The notes beneath the pieces were generated by a model that saw nothing but the letters and a program-made list of their open reading frames with translations, did not search any database and was not told where the DNA came from. This document shows, one piece after another, positions 60,701 to 64,000 of a DNA stretch of 64,000 nucleotides; position 1 is the stretch's first letter, and each line of letters opens with the position of its first letter. The position numbers and the translations under genes were made by a program. The stretch comes from Myxococcales bacterium (GTDB taxonomy: Bacteria; Myxococcota_A; UBA9042; JABWCM01; BTVJ01): the NCBI GenBank assembly GCA_045863395.1, contig BTVJ01000007.1:96001-160000 (forward strand), written 5' to 3'.

Positions 60701-62740
60701 TGCACTGCGGACGGCTGCAACCCGGCGTCCGGCTGCACGTTCACCCCGACGTCGGGGTCCTGCAACGACGGCAACCCCTGTACCACGGGGGACTCCTGCT
60801 CTGGAGGGACCTGCGTCGGGGGCGGGCCGACCGTGTGCAACGACAACAACCCGTGCACGAACGACTCCTGCAACCCTGCGAGCGGCTGCGTCTTCACGAA
60901 CAACACGGCGAGCTGCAACGACGGCAACGCCTGCACCACGAACGACACCTGCGCAGGCGGTCAGTGCGTGGGCGGCCCGGCGCCCAACTGCAATGACGGC
61001 AACGTCTGCACGGTGGACTCCTGCAACGCGGCGACCGGCTGCACCAACACGCCCACCTCGGGGAGCTGTAACGACGGCAACGCCTGCACCACGGGAGACT
61101 TCTGCTCCAGTGGGGTGTGCGTTGGCGCAGGGACGCTCGTGTGCAACGACAGCAACGTCTGCACGGCGGACTCCTGCAACCCGGCGTCGGGCTGCGTGTT
61201 TGCGCCCACGTCGGGGAGCTGCAGCGACGGCAACGCCTGCACCACCAACGACTCGTGCTCCGGCGGGCAGTGTGTGGGAGGGCCGGCGCCGGTGTGCAAC
61301 GACGGCAACCCGTGCACCAACGACTCCTGCAATCCGGCGAGCGGCTGTGTGTTCACCAACAACACCAACGCCTGCAGCGATGGGAACGCGTGCACGACCA
61401 ACGACACGTGCTCGGGCGGCCAGTGCGTGGGAGGCGTTGCGCCGAACTGCAACGACGGCAACGTGTGCACCAACGACTCCTGCAATCCTGCGAGCGGCTG
61501 CGTCTACACGAACAACACGGTGGCCTGCAACGACGGGAACGCGTGCACCACCGGCGACGTGTGCGCGGCCGGGACCTGCAAGCCGGGCGCGGCCGTCGTC
61601 TGCAACGACAACAACGTGTGCACCAACGACACGTGCAACCCGGCGAGCGGGTGCGCCTACACGAACAACACCGCCCCCTGCAACGACGGCAACGCCTGCA
61701 CGACGACGGACACGTGCTCGGGGGGGCAGTGCATCGGGAGCGGTGCGCTGACCTGCAACGACGGCAACGTGTGTACCAACGACTCGTGCAACCCGGCGAG
61801 CGGGTGCGTGTTCACGAACAACACGGCGGCGTGCAGCGACGGCAATGCGTGTACGCTCAACGACGTGTGCTCCGGAGGGTCGTGTCAGCCGGGCGCCCCG
61901 AAGGTGTGCAACGACAACAACCCGTGCACCAACGACTCGTGCAACACATCCAACGGCAACTGCGTGTTCACGAACAACTCCAACCCCTGCAACGACGGGA
62001 AGCCCTGCACCAGCAACGACACCTGCTCCAACGGGACCTGCGTGGGCACGTTCTCGTGCACCGGCTCCTGCTGTACCGCGAACCCCACCATCGGGTGCCA
62101 GAACCAGGCGGTCAGCGACTGCGTGTGCGCCATGGACCCGTTCTGCTGCAACAACGTGTGGGACAGCATCTGCGCCGGGGAGGCCGACCAGTGCGGGTCC
62201 TGCACGGGGCCCTGCTGCACCGCGAACGGGACTCCTGGCTGTGACGTGGAGACCGTCGAGGAGTGCGTCTGCAACACGGTGGGCGATACCTTCTGCTGCA
62301 ACGTGGCCTGGGACAGCATCTGCGCCAGCGAGGCCGCCAACCAGTGCGCGGCCTGCGGGCCCGTATGCGGCGACGGTTCGTGCAGCGGCAACGAGACCTG
62401 CGAGACCTGCCCCGGCGACTGCGGCACGTGCGGCGGCGCGGGGTGCCAGGCTGGCGGCGCGACGTGCAGCAACTGCCCCTGCCAGACGTGCGTCTGCGGA
62501 ATGGATCCGTTCTGCTGCAACACGGCCTGGGACTCCCTCTGCGTCAGCGAGTGCGACGTCCAGTGCAACGCCAACTGCACGAACTCTGGCGGGCGCGGCT
62601 GCACGACGGGCGCGGCGGGCTGCGCCGGGTGCCCCTGCCAGGCCTGCGTGTGCGCCATGGACTCCTACTGCTGCCAGACCGCGTGGGACTCCATCTGCGT
62701 GGGTGAGTGCACGAACCAGTGTGGGTTCAACTGCCCGTAG
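54761..62740 (+). CDS. Giant (~2660 aa) Cys-rich repeat lipoprotein (CxDGNxCTxDxC, Dictyostelium-repeat-like)
   Basis: GGAGG RBS; MILTA|C lipobox. Dozens of alternating ~25-aa repeats and four C-terminal CVC..DxxCC..xWDSxC modules. Confidence 0.9.
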   Translation: MRDLRAFIVLAMILTACGESVVSSGGDGGSTDVDTPPLGTDVDVAPPDGVVVPDTGSEPQCSVDGDCSALAKPCSTVKCDAGKCTWIPQDDGAACDDGDPCTQGDKCSAGACAGIDTCGCAGDADCADQEDGDLCNGTLVCKDKKCVVDAATVIACDTSADEACAKAACDPATGSCAIMAVPEGSACDDGDGCTVGETCKSGVCSGASLSCDDGSPCTDDACEGGTCTNTPNTAACDDGNPCTVGDACKDGLCQPGEGSCPCETEADCAAQEDEDLCNGTLTCADGQCVPLPGSAVVCDTSADGACATTACVPSTGECETTAAEDGTPCDDGTACSGADACLEGACLGSPISCDDGNPCTQEGCDPVSGCTHEAIPGSCDDGDACTTGDTCVGGTCAGSGAGQCDDGNPCTTDGCDPAGGCVNVPNAVPCDDGSACTTGDACSDGACVGGAPLACDDGNPCTSDTCSAATGCVHDPITAPCNDGNPCTSGDQCEGGVCKGVGGLDCDDGNPCTDDGCTAESGCTHTPNAAPCDDGNACTTGDVCTGGECAPGPSTCSCQTDGDCKPFDDGNACNGVLFCDQSSFPFTCKVSPSSVVTCSTAGDTTCQKNTCDPVSGQCSPKPLNDGKPCDDGNACTAADLCGSGVCKGSVPTSCDDKNPCTDDSCVPATGCVHKSNASPCDDGSLCTTNDLCQQGLCVGGPPPGCNDGNPCTDDGCNPKSGCFNTPNVAPCSDGNSCTTGDACKGGLCAGGTGVACSDANPCTDDACDPKSGCVHTPNGAGCDDGNACTTDDVCANGTCKGLKAVLCNDGNPCTDDACNPALGCVFQNNAAPCNDGSVCTTDDTCAGGSCVGGAPLSCGDGNPCTDDTCDPKTGCKNTPSGKPCDDGNACTSGDACGGGSCKPGSPVGCNDGNPCTDDGCDPQTGCVHTMNTAACDDGDACTTGDVCGGGVCKGTGGTQCNDGNPCTDDSCKEGVGCVYVANQAPCDDGNACTTGDACAAQKCVGGPATQCGDGNPCTDDSCDPATGCVNLANEKPCDDNNACTVGDQCGAKQCKPGVPLPCDDGNPCTTDGCLPATGCTAVPNTAPCSDGNPCTQNDVCAGGLCQSGTQICACEEDADCAAQDDGDPCTGTLVCNVGVLPHTCVVDPATVPVCDPSDDTPCLVSKCQPASGSCAPVPVNAGGPCDDGSACTAGDKCSSGLCVGGATINCNDGNPCTDDSCDPLAGCLSTPSSQPCNDGNPCTTGDTCSAGTCKGTGALPCDDGNPCTTDACDPATGCTFTNNTVLCDDGNACTSGDVCGAGVCKGATAVTCNDGNPCTDDTCDPATGCKATNNTVPCNDGNACTTADTCKDGVCTGGAPPACGDGNPCTDDGCDPATGCVHTNNTAPCNDGNACSTGDTCAGGSCVATGTLPCNDANPCTNDSCIPASGCSFVNNTNPCNDGNACTTSDACDGGQCKGTGSLSCADSNPCTDDFCDPATGCVVKPNTNPCNDGNACTQNDACSGGVCLGGSAVVCNDGNPCTTESCVPASGCVYTNNTSPCDDGNACTPSDKCTNGVCVGSGTLGCNDGNPCTTDSCDPATGCTYTNNTSPCDDGNACTSGDVCGGGVCKPGTGLQCNDGNPCTDDGCSPGSGCTFTPNTAPCNDGNACTSGDVCAAGQCKAGTAVTCNDSNPCTSDSCNPASGCVYTNNTAACSDGNACTTNDTCAGGQCVGGAAPNCNDGNVCTADACNPATGCTHTPTAGPCNDGNACTQNDTCTGGVCTGGAAVNCDDANPCTNDSCNPATGCTYTNASGACSDGNACTTGDACTGGLCKPTGTLTCNDNNVCTSDSCNPASGCVFTNVSGPCDDGNACSTGDSCQAGQCKGTGGLNCDDGNPCTADSCNAQGGCVHTNITGGCNDGNACTTNDICQNGVCTGGPALSCNDGNVCTNDSCNPASGCVYTNNTASCNDGNACTTGDTCSGGQCVGGSPPVCNDNNVCTADGCNPASGCTFTPTSGSCNDGNPCTTGDSCSGGTCVGGGPTVCNDNNPCTNDSCNPASGCVFTNNTASCNDGNACTTNDTCAGGQCVGGPAPNCNDGNVCTVDSCNAATGCTNTPTSGSCNDGNACTTGDFCSSGVCVGAGTLVCNDSNVCTADSCNPASGCVFAPTSGSCSDGNACTTNDSCSGGQCVGGPAPVCNDGNPCTNDSCNPASGCVFTNNTNACSDGNACTTNDTCSGGQCVGGVAPNCNDGNVCTNDSCNPASGCVYTNNTVACNDGNACTTGDVCAAGTCKPGAAVVCNDNNVCTNDTCNPASGCAYTNNTAPCNDGNACTTTDTCSGGQCIGSGALTCNDGNVCTNDSCNPASGCVFTNNTAACSDGNACTLNDVCSGGSCQPGAPKVCNDNNPCTNDSCNTSNGNCVFTNNSNPCNDGKPCTSNDTCSNGTCVGTFSCTGSCCTANPTIGCQNQAVSDCVCAMDPFCCNNVWDSICAGEADQCGSCTGPCCTANGTPGCDVETVEECVCNTVGDTFCCNVAWDSICASEAANQCAACGPVCGDGSCSGNETCETCPGDCGTCGGAGCQAGGATCSNCPCQTCVCGMDPFCCNTAWDSLCVSECDVQCNANCTNSGGRGCTTGAAGCAGCPCQACVCAMDSYCCQTAWDSICVGECTNQCGFNCP

Positions 62741-62848
62741 GGTCCTCGCCGGGGGCGGGCGACGCCCCGCCTTTGCGCCCGTCGTCCGTCCCTCCTATAC
62801 TCCGCCGTCGGGCAGCGCCGCCCCTTGCTCTGGCTGGAGGACATCGCC

Positions 62849-63502
62849 GTGAGGATCGCCCCCTGTTTGTTGGTAGCCGTCGCCATGGCGGCTTGCTCGA
62901 AGACACCTCAGGCCCCCGCCCAGGGGAGCGCCAAGAGCTCCGTGAGCGCTACCGCGGGGCTGGAGCCCATCCCCGGCGTGACGACGCTCGACTCGGCGCC
63001 GGTCGCAGCGCCTGCCGCTGCGTCACCCTCTGCGCACGCCAACGTGCCGCCGGCTGCGCTGACGCCGACCGGCGACTGGGGCCAGGTGCTCAGCGAGAAG
63101 ATCGAGGGTGGCACTCTGGAGACGACGGTCCAGTCTCCGTGGGGGCCCGTCACGATCACCGGGCCCTCAGAGGGTGCCGGTGGGGCTGTGACCCGCTACT
63201 GGCAAGCGTGGGCGAAGATCGACTTCGGGGCGATCTACCCGATGACCACCGGGGTCATGCGCGAGCGCCTGGCTGAAATGGACACGGAGGCCGGGCGTGC
63301 GGACTATCGGTCGACCATCTCGGATCGCTACAAAGACAACGCGCCCATCTGGTTCAAGGTGGAGGGGGTCTCGGAGCAGGGAGACCGCGCCACGGCCCTG
63401 GTCCGCAACGAGACCAAGACCGGTGAGATCCAGACCCGGGAGTGCACCTTGGTGAAGACGCCCGGGGGCTGGCGCTTCGAGCAGATCCGCGCGCAGCGCT
63501 GA
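62849..63502 (+). CDS. Lipoprotein with a possible NTF2-like C-terminal domain
   Basis: GGAGG RBS, GTG start, VAMAA|C; C-terminal GDRATALV...LVKTPGGWRF. Confidence 0.65.
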   Translation: MRIAPCLLVAVAMAACSKTPQAPAQGSAKSSVSATAGLEPIPGVTTLDSAPVAAPAAASPSAHANVPPAALTPTGDWGQVLSEKIEGGTLETTVQSPWGPVTITGPSEGAGGAVTRYWQAWAKIDFGAIYPMTTGVMRERLAEMDTEAGRADYRSTISDRYKDNAPIWFKVEGVSEQGDRATALVRNETKTGEIQTRECTLVKTPGGWRFEQIRAQR

Positions 63503-63520
63503 GAGGCGGCCGGGGCCTCG

Positions 63521-63847
63521 TCAGCTCCGGTCCCCTCCGTTGCCACCGTCTCCCTGACCCTCTTCTCGTCCCAGCGCCGCGTCCAGGTCCGCCAGGGCGT
63601 CCTCGTCGCTTCGCTCCACGGTGTCGCCTTCACGGATCTTCCGAGCCGCCTCGTCCCCGTCCTTCGCCTGGACGGTGCCGAGGATCTGCACGAACCCGGC
63701 GCGCGGCTTGCGCTTCTCTTGCGGCTTCGCCTCCACGTCGCCGCTCTCGCAGTTGGCGCACTCGACGGCGCCGACCTCGTCGGGGTCACGGCGCCAGATC
63801 TCGAAGTCGGCGCCGCAGGCGTTGCAGTGATAGGGAAGGATCGGCAT
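63521..63847 (-). CDS. FmdB-like zinc-ribbon protein
   Basis: MPILPYHCNACGADFE...ECANCES; AGGAG RBS. Confidence 0.75.
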   Translation of the reverse strand: MPILPYHCNACGADFEIWRRDPDEVGAVECANCESGDVEAKPQEKRKPRAGFVQILGTVQAKDGDEAARKIREGDTVERSDEDALADLDAALGREEGQGDGGNGGDRS

Positions 63848-63860
63848 CGTCAGCTCCTGG

Positions 63861-64000
63861 TCAGGGCTTCTCCCACAAGAACTCTTCGGCGCCCATGCGG
63901 TGGGTGACCCAACGCGAGAGCACGAACAGCGCGTCACTCAGCCGGTTGATGTACGGGATCACGGGCTCTCCGAGGGGCTCCTCACGCGAGAGCGCCACGA
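63861..64000 (-). CDS. 3' end of a PduO-type cob(I)alamin adenosyltransferase (partial)
   Basis: Hand translation ...PVIPYINRLSDALFVLSRWV...EEFLWEKP* contains the YxNRLSDxLF signature. Confidence 0.8.
   Translation of the reverse strand, partial: VALSREEPLGEPVIPYINRLSDALFVLSRWVTHRMGAEEFLWEKP

Noticed and set aside
54937..62658. Many minus-strand and alternate-frame repetitive ORFs; possible CRISPR-like periodicity
   Set aside because: Periodicity comes from in-frame protein repeats with synonymous variation; there is no constant repeat with unique spacers.
62750..62775. GC hairpin followed by TTT after the giant gene
   Set aside because: Short stem and only three T residues; too weak to call a terminator in GC-rich DNA.

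Overview
High-GC bacterial DNA that looks Myxococcota-like: MYXO-CTERM-type sorting tails, giant Cys/Asp-rich lipoproteins and a multiheme cytochrome. Most of the window encodes envelope and secreted proteins: two paralogous MopE/TSP3-repeat lipoproteins, a ~2660-aa Cys-repeat lipoprotein, a two-CotH-kinase operon, a fibre-like protein, CARDB and ASPIC/FG-GAP proteins, an S1 protease and a long GT51 transglycosylase. It also has a 9-heme cytochrome c / cytochrome b pair, a nucleotidyltransferase two-gene module and a 161-bp MITE inserted at a CTAG shared by two convergent stop codons. The most novel element is an accessory locus at ~10.8-17.4 kb next to a low-GC islet. A multi-pass membrane protein with a C-terminal Lon-type Ser-Lys protease domain is transcribed divergently from a very divergent sigma-like gene and a zinc-finger anti-sigma-like gene. 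The anti-sigma-like protein carries an internal ssrA-like YPLAA motif, and its C-terminal domain is duplicated as a stand-alone 87-aa gene coupled to the protease. I infer a membrane-sensing proteolytic sigma-release system with a built-in decoy or adaptor. All family calls come from motif recognition by eye; no searches were run. I saw no rRNA, tRNA or CRISPR array.
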